Source: Rebecca billardiae RCC1528
Taxonomy: Eukaryota > Protista > Haptophyta
DNA length: 64,000 bases
Direction: 5' to 3'
Assembly (NCBI GenBank): GCA_965240325.2
Contig: OZ251233.1
Span: 1,240,001-1,304,000, forward strand
Shown here: positions 1 through 11,303 of the stretch, piece after piece
Layout: each line of letters begins with the position of its first letter
How positions within the stretch are numbered: the stretch's first letter is position 1
Translations under genes and position numbers: made by a program
Notes under the pieces: generated by a model
The model's input: the letters and a program-made list of their open reading frames with translations, nothing else
The model's database searches: none
What the model was told of the DNA's origin: nothing

Positions 1-913
1 GTGCGAGGGGAGACGCCACACTTCCACGAGCTGCAATCAACAAGTTCGTCAACGGTGGCTCTAAGCCGCGGGGCCGCCTGTCGCGGCTGCCTGCTGATTT
101 CACGATGCACAAGTCATCACCACAAGAACAGCTGATACCACACACACACACAGAACGCCACTCCCTTCCCTTGCATCTGGTGCGGAAATTTTGCATGTTC
201 CGGCGGCAGGAGTACGAATGCCTTAACTATGAGCAGCCCTTGGAATGTCGAGACCAAGACTCCGATGCCTTCGGCCGACCATCACCTCCCTACTGACTCG
301 GATGCGGCAGTGAGCCCATCCAGTTGGCTCCGACGCACATGCAGCCGCTCTTCCATCGACTGCCCAGCCTCCCTGCGCCACAGCAGACAGACATGCTGTC
401 GCTGAGCGGCCACTCTGAGCTTGGCGGGTGAGTCAGCTGGTTTTATAAGTGGTTAGTCGACTTTCTTCACTAACCGCGCTTCGGCTTTGCTCGAACTGAA
501 AAATCGCATTCCCTTCGCCGAAGCAGACGGTGCACGTTTCTATAATATTTAATAATAATCCGGCGGACGACTCAGCTGTGCTGACTTTGAAACTGCGCCG
601 AAGTTCATCCGAAGCTGAAGCAGCCAGCCTAGCAGCAGCAGTCACAGTCACTCCGCAGCGCGTAGTAACTACGTTCGTAGCTTAACGTCCGCCCAGACAC
701 AGGAATAAGGTGGTAGATGCGCTGCCACGCTCCAGCTGGGCACCGCCGCCGCGCGGCGGCAGCTACATGCATGCCGCGCTGGTGCGGCGACTGTCACTGC
801 CGACTGCTGTGACTATCCAGCGGCTGCCAGAGTGTCGTTTTTTCGGCGCTCGTGTGCAACTGGTCCGCATGATATCTATGCTGATGACTATGTCTAGTCG
901 TCAGACTAGCAGT

Positions 914-977
914 AGCACACGCGCTTGCAGTTTCGGGCCATTGTCAATGGCCATTTGGACCATGGGTGAAGATACTT
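914..977 (-). pseudogene. Small copied fragment of the neighbouring duplicated gene
   Basis: 931-977 (TTTCGGGCCATTGTCAATGGCCATTTGGACCATGGGTGAAGATACTT) is identical to 1742-1788 and to the matching segment of the 28.5-30.4 kb copy. Looser similarity extends back to 914. Confidence 0.8.
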
Positions 978-994
978 GGGTGAAGTATCTTCTA

Positions 995-1256
995 AACAAG
1001 GTCATGGCCAGGCTCACGTCCCGTCCACCGACTATCATACATCTATAGGCAGAATTCGCGGACGAGTGCCCTTTTTGGCACTACGAACTCAATGTCTAAA
1101 GGAGGTCTCAAAAACTCTGCGAAACTCCGTCTCCTCCGGCCCTGAAAATCGTCCCCCGTCCGACCTTTTTTCTTGACTTTATTTTGAAACGTGTTTAGTG
1201 CGGCCCGCGGGCGGGCTCCATGCGGAGCGCTCCGCGCCCCAGTGCACCGCTGACCA
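995..1256. repeat. Dispersed repeat, probably a degenerate transposon end; inverted relative of 15646-15890
   Basis: Blocks TAAAGGAGGTCTCAAAAA, CCCTGAAAATCGTCC, TTTTTTCTTGA and TTTTGAAACGTG recur as reverse complements, in collinear order, at 15.65-15.89 kb. Confidence 0.7.
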
Positions 1257-1259
1257 TGT

Positions 1260-1312
1260 AACGACGTGGTATGCTATTAAACGGGCAGGCGATATGTAAC
1301 TATATATATATA
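1260..1312. mobile_element. Isolated terminal remnant of the AACGACGTGG MITE family
   Basis: AACGACGTGGTATGC(tatta)AACGGGCAGGC followed by a short (TA)n tract matches the left end of the element at 22578. Confidence 0.65.
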
Positions 1313-1435
1313 CATTCCCTTTATAATAATAACGGACTGGTGTGGCTGCGTGTGAGTATTGTGATCGACATACCGAGTATGATGTAGCTATACTGCTATT
1401 GAGTCTTATTGCAGTGTAAAGAACATACACGCCTG

Positions 1436-3292
1436 CTAGTGTCGTTTTTTGCTGCTGGCAATCTGCTTGAGCATCTCACGCACCCTGTGCAGTGTGTGTT
1501 CGTCAAATCCCAGAGATGCATTGCAACATGTAGCCTGGAAGCTCCGGTAGTCGAAGACCTCAGCTGGATCGGCGTATGGCAACCTGCCAAGGGCATCAGC
1601 CTCCGGGGGAATGCAGGACTGGTCTTGCACAGAATGATGAGTCTTCACTGTCTTGCCCCTGGTCCTGGAGAAGACTGATTTCATGGCGCACGGTGACCAG
1701 AGCATGGTGGGACGTCCCAGCTTCGAAGCACATGCGCTTTCTTTCGGGCCATTGTCAATGGCCATTTGGACCATGGGTGAAGATACTTTGATCACCTGCT
1801 CTTGCGAGGTTTTTGAGCCAACAAGCACATCAGAAGTCCAGGCAGCGTGCCAGTTGCGAAAGCGGTTGGTGTCGATTGCCACGGTAACACTCGACCCCAG
1901 GCGCTCAAAGGCAGGGCAACAGAGCTGGTCCTCGGTCTCCCGAGTCACCACAATCTCAAGTTGGCATCCATGGCCAGCCACAGTCACATTCATCCACTCA
2001 AAGAGGCTTAGGAAGGCCACCTCCGGCAGTGACTTCCCGCTCCCTGCTCCACCTCGCATGTGCACAAAGGCAGACACCCTGTCCCTGCCCTGGCCACTGG
2101 CCTCCATGGCAGGGTCAAGGCCCCATGGGGAGAGGATTGGCACCAGCACACGCATGCTGCCATACCACTCACTGAACCGGCCAGCGCCTGCACACGTGAG
2201 TTCTTTCACTGGCAGGACGTCCTCGCCCTTTCTCGACTGGTGATCCACCCACCTGTCAAGTTGACCCAGCACCGGCCCTTGCCCTTGGAGCACGTTGTTG
2301 TGGCGGTGAGTGAGCTGCGCTCGAGCCAGTGCACTGCCCTGGAGGATGGACTTGACTGAGAAGCTCGTCTTCGTCAGGTTTTGCACACCGCACACCTCCT
2401 CCACCTCCTCCAAGCATGATTGAAACCGCAGCCTGCCATCCAGGACCTCCAGGTAAAAGTCTCGCACGAAGCGCAGGATCCGTGGGTAGCCTAGGACGTG
2501 CACACGCCCGTATGGCATGTGGCTTGAAACATTGTCTGCAACGAAGTCGAGCATGGCATGCTCCTGCTTCAAGAGGGCGGATGGCGAGTTAAAGATGGGC
2601 GTAGTGAGGTTGAGGAATGTCTGGTTGCAAAAGCCAGGAGCCAGGACCACACGCCGCCGCTCCACCTCAGCCAGAGCTGCGAGCTCGACCCCCACCCAGT
2701 CAGCGTGCTGCGGACAGCGGAGGCGCAGATGCGCACCCTCAGAGCAGCTGCTCGCACGATGGACGTACTTGAGCAGACGGCCTACTGCCATCGCGCTCTC
2801 AGGCGGAAGGACATGGAATAGGCCGTCGGCTCCTCTGTTGGTGCCAAGTGCAGTCGTCGTGTTGGGTAGACCTGCTGTGTCCACAATGACCGCACTGCTC
2901 GTGTGAGACGCCAGTGTACGCAGGTCAAGTGAACCCTGGATGGAGCACGTGCCATTGCGGGTCACGAGGGAGAGGGCGGAAAGCGCGTAGGGTTCATGGT
3001 CGCGTCGAACGTAGGGGTACTTGTTCGTTTTCTCAAACACGCCGGGCAAAATCGGATGCACTCTGTTCTGGTCCTTGTCGGAGCGAGTCGGCGGCCGCTG
3101 TCGTTGGCGCTGAGAGCGCGGCAGCCCTTGTCGCTGCTGTGACCGCTGAGACGGCAAGTGCAGGCGAATGCTCGCAGGCGCCTCGGCTATGTCACTGGCC
3201 GGGTCGCGGCGAGCCTGAATGAGCACAGCGCCAAGCATCGCGACGCACAGCCATCGAGACATTCTTCTGCTTATGCGGGCTGCGCCAAGCAA
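1436..3292 (-). CDS. Secreted or type II membrane protein, possibly a divergent GT-B fucosyltransferase-like glycosyltransferase (copy 1)
   Basis: 618-codon intronless ORF with an N-terminal hydrophobic segment (WLCVAMLGAVLIQA); the conserved start is probably MSRW. AFVHMRGG and SDVLVGSKTS loosely resemble the VHxRxGD and DxxxGSxSS motifs of GT11/GT23-like enzymes. The frame is preserved in the second copy. Confidence 0.7.
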   Translation of the reverse strand: MLGAARISRRMSRWLCVAMLGAVLIQARRDPASDIAEAPASIRLHLPSQRSQQRQGLPRSQRQRQRPPTRSDKDQNRVHPILPGVFEKTNKYPYVRRDHEPYALSALSLVTRNGTCSIQGSLDLRTLASHTSSAVIVDTAGLPNTTTALGTNRGADGLFHVLPPESAMAVGRLLKYVHRASSCSEGAHLRLRCPQHADWVGVELAALAEVERRRVVLAPGFCNQTFLNLTTPIFNSPSALLKQEHAMLDFVADNVSSHMPYGRVHVLGYPRILRFVRDFYLEVLDGRLRFQSCLEEVEEVCGVQNLTKTSFSVKSILQGSALARAQLTHRHNNVLQGQGPVLGQLDRWVDHQSRKGEDVLPVKELTCAGAGRFSEWYGSMRVLVPILSPWGLDPAMEASGQGRDRVSAFVHMRGGAGSGKSLPEVAFLSLFEWMNVTVAGHGCQLEIVVTRETEDQLCCPAFERLGSSVTVAIDTNRFRNWHAAWTSDVLVGSKTSQEQVIKVSSPMVQMAIDNGPKESACASKLGRPTMLWSPCAMKSVFSRTRGKTVKTHHSVQDQSCIPPEADALGRLPYADPAEVFDYRSFQATCCNASLGFDEHTLHRVREMLKQIASSKKRH

Positions 3293-3350
3293 GGGCCCTT
3301 GCCGTCAGGCTCATCCTGGGCTCCGGACCGGAGGAGAGTACCAGACACTA

Positions 3351-3467
3351 CAGTTTACTAAGAATAAGAGACGCACACAGCTCAGGCAGGCGAGATTACT
3401 GTATCTCGCCTGCCTGAGCTGTGTGCGTCTCTTCGGTCGTTTTCACCACATATAATTCTTAGTAAAC
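3351..3467. mobile_element. Tc1/mariner-like MITE remnant (TA|CAGTTTACTAAGAAT end) containing a perfect 31-bp hairpin
   Basis: Arms 3366-3396 and 3403-3433 are perfect reverse complements. GTTTACTAAGAAT and ATTCTTAGTAAAC form an outer inverted repeat. Related ends lie at 11283-11297, 28142-28167 and 39127-39182. Confidence 0.65.
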
Positions 3468-3529
3468 AAGGCGGACGTCGTGCTGTCCGGCGCGCACGCA
3501 CGCCGACTCAGCGCGACTCAGCGGTGCGA

Positions 3530-6500
3530 GAGATGGGCCCCGCGCCGCCGAGCACCATGCGCTCGGTGCACCCCCTCCGGCTCGCACCGCCCCACCCGTG
3601 GCCCTTGCGACTGCGCCCCCGACGCGAGCGCACTGCCCGCTCGCTCGGCCCGCGCTGAAAGCAAACGCTGCCGGCTGCGCGCGGCCGCGCGAGCGCACGG
3701 CCGAGCGGCCGAGCGCGCGTGCTGGGGGGATGCACTCGCGTCTCCGCCACTCGCACGCACGACGCCGCGCAGGGCGTGGTGCCCGCCAGCCACGCGTGAA
3801 CAGCTGCCAAGTCTGCGCGCAGAGCTCGGTCGCGGCGCGCGCGCGGCTGTTGAAAATAAAGGCTGCGCGACTCCTGCTCGCCACCGCCGACCCGCGGTGA
3901 TCATGGGCGCCGGAGTGTGCGCTCGTCTCGACCGCCACGCACCACGGCAAGGGACGGCCGCTCCCTCGAAGCGAGGCGCGTGCGTGCGCAGCGCGGCCGT
4001 GATGGCGCGCACCAGAGCCAGCTCGGACGAGGTGGAGGATGGGGGCGCGGGGCGGGGACGGGCTGGGCCGGTGTGTTGCGCCAGCCACGACCGCTGCTCG
4101 CCGCCGCGATGATCGCGCTCGACGGTGCTTCGACAGTGCTCGTCTCGGCCGCCGCGGCAAGCCGAGCCCGCACCTTCGACGTGAGGCGCGCGCGCGCCCG
4201 GCCGCACCGCAGTGGGACGGCCGTGCGCAGATGAGCTGGCGCTCGCGCGCGATGAGGAGCGCCCTGACGCTTGCCGCGCTCACTACGCAGCACACCAGGC
4301 GCAGGCTTGACGAAGGGTCAGATAGGGGGCCGGGTGCGGGGGCAGCTTCGACCGGGGCGAGGCGCTGGGCCGGCTGCTGCGCTCCACATCCGCAGCGCCC
4401 GGCCGCGCGGCCCGCCTCTCCGGCGCGGCCCAGCCAGCAGCGCTCGGCGGTAGCTGCCACTGCAGCAGCACCCGGCAGGCGGCGCCGCGCGCGCCGCGCG
4501 ATCTGCTCGGGCGCGGAGCGGCAGCCTCGGTACCGCAGGAGCGTGCGCGGCGGGGCTCACACACACCCCGCCGCGCAAGAGCCGCGCAATTGGCAGCCGT
4601 GACGCGCCGCTCGGCGCGGCTGCACTCCCGCCCTGACTGGGCAGCCCTTCTGCACGCTGTGATGCCCTCGCGGGCGTGGCCCGTTCACCCACCAATTCGG
4701 CCATCCAATGGGCCAGATTGCCCGCGCACAGCCATGCTGTGCTGCGCCACGCTGGGCGCAACAGCACCTAGCCAGCCACAACGGCGCAAGCCAGCTGCAG
4801 GTTTAGCAGAGAGAGGTGGCATTGCCACCTCTCTCGGCTGCAGTTGCTGAGTGGTCCGCGGGACACTCGCAGGCCGCGCTGCGACAGAGACCACAAATGG
4901 CGGCGGTGGGCGGCGACGCGGGCGATGGCTGCTGATTCGACGGTGTGCACAAAGCAGCCAAGGCTCGTTGATAGACGCCCGCCATCGCCGCATGCCTCCC
5001 CAAACCGCCCAGCGCGGCTATCGGACGGCCCGCGCCGCTCGCCGGAGACAGGTCGGATGGCGAGTGAGACTGGGCTGGGACAGATACGCACCTTGGGCTC
5101 GTGCGAGGCGCAGGGGCGGATACGGCGCTCCACGTACGCGCCTCCAGGCGCACGACCGCCTCGTCCGACGCGGGCTCGCGCCCATCGTGCGCCGCGGGAT
5201 GCGGACTCGTGGGGAGAGGCCATGCTGATTCGCGCGCAGCCGCGACCAACGGTCGTCGGTGACGACGTCGCGAAAAAAAGATTACCAACGCCGATATTCC
5301 AGGCGAGGGAATTCAGGGAAAAGTCAACTGGGCCTCGGAAGCCAGCATGGCGGCGCCGCTTCCCGGCCGTCCGCCGGAGGGCGGCTCTCGTGCGCGTCGC
5401 GTGCGCGCGCACGGCGGCCCAGTGGTGCGCGAGAGGATCCACGCGCCGTCGAAGCACGCGCCCGGAGCGCCTCGGCCAGCTCACCACGTCCCACGCGCTG
5501 CCATCGCGACAGTGCGCGGCGGCGCGAGCGCACCGCCACTCCCCTCGCTCGGCCGCGCTGCCACGCAAACGCAGCCGGCCGCGCGCGGCCGCGCGGGTGC
5601 ACTGCCGAGCGGTCGAGCGCGCTTGCTGGGGGGATGCACTCGCGTTTCCGTCGCTTGCACGACGCCGCACAGTGCGCGGTGCCCGTCAGCAACGCGTGAA
5701 CAGCTGCCAAGTCTGCGCGCAGAGCTCGGCCCGGCGGCGTGCGCGGCCGTCCAACATAGAGACTGCTCTTCTGCTGCTCGCCACTGCCGACCCGCGCTGA
5801 CCGCGCTGGGGTGTGCTCGTCTCGATCGCCACGTGCACGCGTCCCTGTAAGGGGCGGCCGCGCCTTCGACGTGAGGTGCGTGCGCGACCAGCGGCATGCA
5901 GCAGCTCGGCCCGTAGGCCGCTCGCGGCCTTGATGGCGCGCACTGGAGGCAGCTCGGACGAGGTGGGAGATGGGGGCGCGGGGGCGGGGGCAGCTGAGCT
6001 GGTGCGCGGCGCCAGCCACGTCCGCGGTGCGCTCCCGCCACGCCGCTGCCGAGCAGCACGCGCTGCGGTCGCTCGGCTGGCTCGCACCGCCCCACGCGCT
6101 GCCGTCGCGCTCGCGCGGGCGCGCGGTGGACAGCCCGCGACGACAGCGCGCTGCCCCAGGCCCAGCATCGGTACGGCCGCGACAGCCCGAGCCTGGGGCA
6201 CGGGCAGCCCGTGCGGGCGCGCGCGGGCATAGTCGCGGGATGCCACGCCTCGACCTCGGCCGCGGCGCCGCGTGCTGCGCCGAGGTCAGGCGAGCCCAGC
6301 CGAGCCGCACTGGACGCGGGCGCGCCTGGCATCGCGCGCTCGGCGCAGCCGGCTCCGGACGCACTAGCCTCGGTGCTGCAGCCGCAGCCCGAGGCTGGCT
6401 CGCGGTCGTCGCGTGCGCCCTCGTGCGGGCAGCCCGTTGGGCTCCACGCCTCGCACTCGGCTTGAACGCCGCGTGCTGCGCCGCGGCTCATCGCACCTCG

Positions 6501-6760
6501 CCAGCCAGGCCAGCAGCTGCCGCATGGTGTGAGCACTCGGCGCAGGCCGCGCGCGGCAACTGCGACCACTAACTATGGCGGCGGCGGGCGCGGGCGCGGG
6601 CGATGGCTGCTTGACTCGACGACGCGCAAGACGCAGCCAAGGCTCGCCAGTAGGCGCCCGTCGTCGCTCGTCCGCCGCCCAACCCGCCATCCCCCGAGGC
6701 CGTCCGACTGCACGCTGAGGGCGGCCGGGCTGCCGGCCGGACCGAGCACTGGCGCTGAGT
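3530..6760. repeat. Old degenerate tandem duplication (about 3.5-5.1 kb versus 5.4-6.8 kb), non-coding
   Basis: Collinear shared blocks GCTGGGGGGATGCACTCGCGT, CGCGTGAACAGCTGCCAAGTCTGCGCGCAGAGCTCGG, CAGCTCGGACGAGGTGG, CGCGGGCGATGGCTGCT and GCAGCCAAGGCTCG. Boundaries are approximate. Confidence 0.75.
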
Positions 6761-8028
6761 CTCACGCTGGCGCGGTGGCACAGGGGCTGGCCATGTGACG
6801 TATGCCTCCAAGACGCATGCCTTCGCGTCTGGCACCGGAGGGCGCGCGCGCGCCGAGCCCTGCGTGCTCGCCGCCGGCACGCGCCGGCGGCGAGCCGGAA
6901 GCCGCGCCGCCGCGGGCCGCGCGCTCAGCGGCGGCACTCTTTGCGCGCGGCGGCACTCGCGGTCTCGAGCAGCGGTGCAGCGCGCGACTCGCCGGCTGTG
7001 CGAGCACGCGCTCGCCCCGCACGCCGCCGCGCCGCCTTGAGCGTGCTGTGAGCGCCAACGACACAAAGCACGTGCCAACCGCCGCCTCGGCAGCCATGCT
7101 GGCTGCTCCGCGGCCGCGGAAAGACGAACGCCCAGACGACCACACGGATTCGTTTCGTCAGCGGCCGCCAGCCCGGTAGAAAGAGCGATGGCGGCATGGC
7201 CTCCGGGCGCGGGCGGCGCCTTCACCGCTCCGCCCGCGCCCGCTCGCGCGACTGCAGGCGCGCGCGGTCGCGCACGGGCCGGGGAGGCGCGAGCCGCAGC
7301 AAAGACGCGTCACCCGGCGCCCGGCGCGCACCCGCCCGCGCGCCTGCTCCCAGCGGGGCGAGCGCTGCGCCGCGGCGGTCGCGGCCGCGCATGCAGAGCT
7401 ATATACACCCTAACCGCAAGGGAGCAAGACACGCGCCGGGCACGCGTACGCAGCCCCGCGCAGTGGCGCGGGCGCAGCGCTGTCAACCCATCGCGCACTC
7501 ATGCGCCCGCCACCCGCGTACCGCTCGCGCCGCGCCGCGCCGGAGCGCGCGCGCGCGTGGCGGCCGGCGGCCGAGTCTGCCGGCTGCCGCGGGCGTCGGG
7601 CGTGGGAACACAGCCACGGCGCATGCCGCCGGTGCGGCAGACCGCGCATGGGCGGGTGCGCACGCGACGGATCACGTGCGTGTACTACGAGGCCCCGCGC
7701 CAGCCCGTGGCGCTCCGGCCGCGCGCCGGCCCGCTTCACGCGCGACCGCATCGCACGAGCGCACTGATGCCGACCGCGAGCCGTCGCCGCGGCCGCGCCT
7801 TCGCAACGGCAGCGTGCGAGCCGTCTCGCGATGAGCTGGACACGATGCATTCGCGCTGCACGCCGCGCGCCCGCCGCGCAGCGCGCCCTCGCGCCCTCTT
7901 GCCGCGCCCAAGTCGCTGCGGCGATGCGACGTGCTCGTGCGCCAGTGCGGAAAGGCCGGACGGCCCTCCCCTCCATGCTCCTTCCGTGGAGACAGATATT
8001 TCAGTTTGTGGGGGTCGGTAATGGGGGT

Positions 8029-8060
8029 ATCACGCCTTAACCAAGTGTGCACGTTAAAAC
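8029..8060. repeat. 32-bp transposon-end motif, exact reverse complement of 34038-34069
   Basis: ATCACGCCTTAACCAAGTGTGCACGTTAAAAC. At 34 kb it follows TA|CAGTTTACTAT, and a related end GCACGTTAAAACAAATAAACTG|TA lies at 17250-17271. Confidence 0.75.
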
Positions 8061-8067
8061 TAAGTAT

Positions 8068-8491
<424 letters not shown>

Positions 8492-8572
<81 letters not shown>
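8492..8572. repeat. (AT)n microsatellite
   Basis: Directly visible, followed by (TAAT)n. Confidence 0.98.
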
Positions 8573-8577
<5 letters not shown>

Positions 8578-9293
8578 TTAATTAATTAATAAGCTATATC
8601 GTCCATCAATAATATCGTCAGCATCGTCGTGATATATATCCGGGCATATCTGCTGATCCGCCGATCATCGACATCATCTGTCATCTGTGAGTGAGTCTCC
8701 GGTCCGTGAACGGTTAGTTTGGTGGTCCGACTAGCTGACTGCTGTCGCTGAGCCGCAGAGTGTGAGTCAGAGTCGGAGTCTCACTCTCAGCACGACAGCA
8801 CGCTGACATGCACGAGTTCGGACGACGAGTTTTTCGTCATCGTCGGTTCGAGTCACGAGGGGCGGGGTTCTGCGGCGGCCTTCCGACCGACCGACGGCAG
8901 CAGACTCAGTTCCGCGACGCCGACCGTTGACGTACGACTGTGACGACTTGATCGATACGATGACATTTTTCTGTCGTCCGTTCGACGGCGGTCGTCGTCA
9001 CTGTTGGATCGTATTCGTAAATTATTGAGCAGCAGTAACGTAGTATAGCCAGTAGTCTGACTTCGCTGACTTCGGCCCCATATTATAATCGTCCGCGACG
9101 CGATGCGGCTTATCCGCTTATCATCACCCAGCCCGACTGGGCGACTGGCCCGCGACCGCGTCACAGACTTAGTGCCACTCACTCACTAACTTACGACAGA
9201 GGCCAGTCAGTGAGTCAGTCACAGTGCCACTGATCACCCTGACGACTACGGACTAGCAATGGTGCACTCACCCGAGGCCGTGATGATGACCGG

Positions 9294-9430
9294 ACTCATT
9301 CTATGATTTAACGACACAGGTAGGACGACGCGGGTCTCCTGATTCGTCGGCGGCAGTGCCCGATCGTCGACACGAAGTCGGCGTTGGTGGCAGAGCATAG
9401 CCTGCACCGCGATCGTAAAGCTTGAGCGCG
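9294..9430. repeat. ~137-bp segment duplicated at 28367-28505
   Basis: Identical except for a 2-nt insertion in the 28 kb copy. Confidence 0.9.
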
Positions 9431-9762
9431 GCCTTGAGCTGCTGAAGCGCGATCCACCTGCGCTGCGCGGCTCGCATGGCGGCAGCGGAGACTATATATA
9501 TATAAGAGTCACTCATTACTGGAGACTGCTCGTCCCCGCCGCGGCCGAGCCATCGTCCATCGACGAGCGTTCAGTCAGTACTTCAGTGGGCAGCGCCGCG
9601 CGTTCTGTCGTAGTTACAGTACTTACACTCGATGGCACGCCAGTCAGTCACTTGTACCGGTACTCGGTAGAGCCATCGCAGGCCACGCACGGCGCAGCCG
9701 GCAGCGACCGGCCGCGCGCGCCGCCCGCCCTCTACGCCAGCTCGCCCGCGCACCCCGCCGCG

Positions 9763-10800
9763 TCAAAGCCCGACCGTCGCGTTCCTCGGGATCCAGCCGG
9801 TCGCGACGCGCACGCCTTTGGTGTGCCCCTGCTTCTCGGGCTTCTTCAGATTCCGGGGCTTGAGCACGACGACGGTGCCGCCGGACTTGTACGGCCAGCG
9901 CTGGTCGAGCTTCGCCTCGACGTGGTAGTACTTGAGCAGCCCGTCCGGGTTGAACTTGTGCTGGAAGTTCTCGTTGTCCAGCGCCATGTAGAAGTCGTGG
10001 ATGATCACGCGCGTGTTGGCGTGCACGTACTGGAGCGCGTTGAACGCGCACGCGCCGCGCGCCTGCCCGTCGCAGAAGATGATGTCGGGCTTGGTGGGCA
10101 CGCGCTCGACGGCGCGGAGGTACGTGGCGTACGTCTCGAAATCACCCTTGTGCTTCGTCGCGCACGTCGCGCACCACCCCTTCTTCACCCCCGAGTCCCA
10201 GGGGAAAGTGTACAGGCTGCCGTCCTTGGGCGCGTGCTGCAGGAACACTCGGCGCCCGCGCTGGTACCGCGGGTCTGGGTCGGAGTAGTGGTCGGCGCGA
10301 GCCATCTCGGCGCGGTACGGCGAGTCGGCGAAGCTGAGCCTCTCGGACGGCGCGATCGAGCGGTCCGGCCACACGTGGAACAGCTCCACGTTCGTGATGC
10401 CCAGCTCGTGCAGGTTGCGCCGGATGTCGTCGGCGAACGGGTCCACGTTCTCAATCGTGTACAGCTGCTTGACGTGCTTGGCAAAGAAGATGGTGGAGGC
10501 GCCGCCGCCGAACTCGACCATCACGGTGCGCTCCGGGTCCATGAACGAGGTCATGAGCTCACGGCACTGCCGTGTCATCCACGGCAGGTGCTTGTCGTAG
10601 TCGGCGGCAGTCGAGCCGCGCACGTGCGACGTGCCGCCGCTGCCAAATGCGGGCGCGGCCGCGCAGGCGAGGGCAAGCGCGGCTATTCGCGCGTGCGCAC
10701 GATGCGGGCAGCCCAAGAAGCGCGCCATGCAACGCCGCCGAGGCGCACGTCGTGCGCTAGTGCTCGCGCCAGCGCTCGCGTGAGCCTCGCCGGACGCCAT
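9763..10800 (-). CDS. Class I SAM-dependent methyltransferase-like protein, probably secreted or Golgi
   Basis: Motifs LPWM, VEFGGGASTIFF (SAM motif I), LYTIEN, PDIIFCDG and VIIHDF. A signal-like segment IAALALACAAAPAFG suggests the start may be ATG 10728. Strong GC3 bias. Confidence 0.85.
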   Translation of the reverse strand: MASGEAHASAGASTSARRAPRRRCMARFLGCPHRAHARIAALALACAAAPAFGSGGTSHVRGSTAADYDKHLPWMTRQCRELMTSFMDPERTVMVEFGGGASTIFFAKHVKQLYTIENVDPFADDIRRNLHELGITNVELFHVWPDRSIAPSERLSFADSPYRAEMARADHYSDPDPRYQRGRRVFLQHAPKDGSLYTFPWDSGVKKGWCATCATKHKGDFETYATYLRAVERVPTKPDIIFCDGQARGACAFNALQYVHANTRVIIHDFYMALDNENFQHKFNPDGLLKYYHVEAKLDQRWPYKSGGTVVVLKPRNLKKPEKQGHTKGVRVATGWIPRNATVGL

Positions 10801-11231
10801 ACCTGTAAAAGCCCCGGCTGCTGTTTCATACAGTTTAAATTCCCCTTTATAACGGGCTCCGGGTGATCAGACTGGCGGCCGAAGCCTCCAGCCCTACCCT
10901 GGCCAGCCCCCAACCAACCACCACCTCACCCAACCTCAAACCACTGAAGTCTAAACGACGTAGTGGCGACTATTACTAGATTTCCACACATACAAAGATT
11001 GGACGCTCTCGAGTCCACACATACAAAGATTGGACGCTTTGCGCCCGAAGTTTGTCCTATTTGCAAATACGGTAGAAGACCACGGGGGTGGGCATCAGGT
11101 CAGGGGCGTTCCCCGCATCGGTCATACGCCAAATTGAACCGTCTTCCTATTGGAACGGGCTTCGTCCATTTGAAGCGGGTACATTGAATACGGAAAAAGG
11201 CAAAGCCCCCCCAGGGGGGGCTTTGCTTTTC

Positions 11232-11297
11232 GGGAGCGTGTGGCAGGATCCCGGGAACGCCCTTGAAGAGGTGTTTTGCGTAATTCTTAGTAAACTG
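11232..11297. mobile_element. Transposon end (ATTCTTAGTAAACTG|TA) with a subterminal block also found inverted at ~30398-30436
   Basis: GGGAGCGTGTGGCAGGATCC..GGGAACGCCCTTG matches CAAGGGCGTTCCC...GGATCCTGCCACACGCTCCC. The terminal 15 bp are the exact reverse complement of 3351-3365. Confidence 0.7.
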
Positions 11298-11303
11298 TAA
11301 CGC

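Noticed and set aside
3459-8021. Many 100-360-aa ORFs
   Set aside because: No motifs or consistent coding frame, and frames are not conserved between the two duplicated halves.
10984-11038. 24-bp direct repeat CCACACATACAAAGATTGGACGCT x2
   Set aside because: The repeat is real but has only two copies. It is probably a TE subterminal repeat and no function can be supported.
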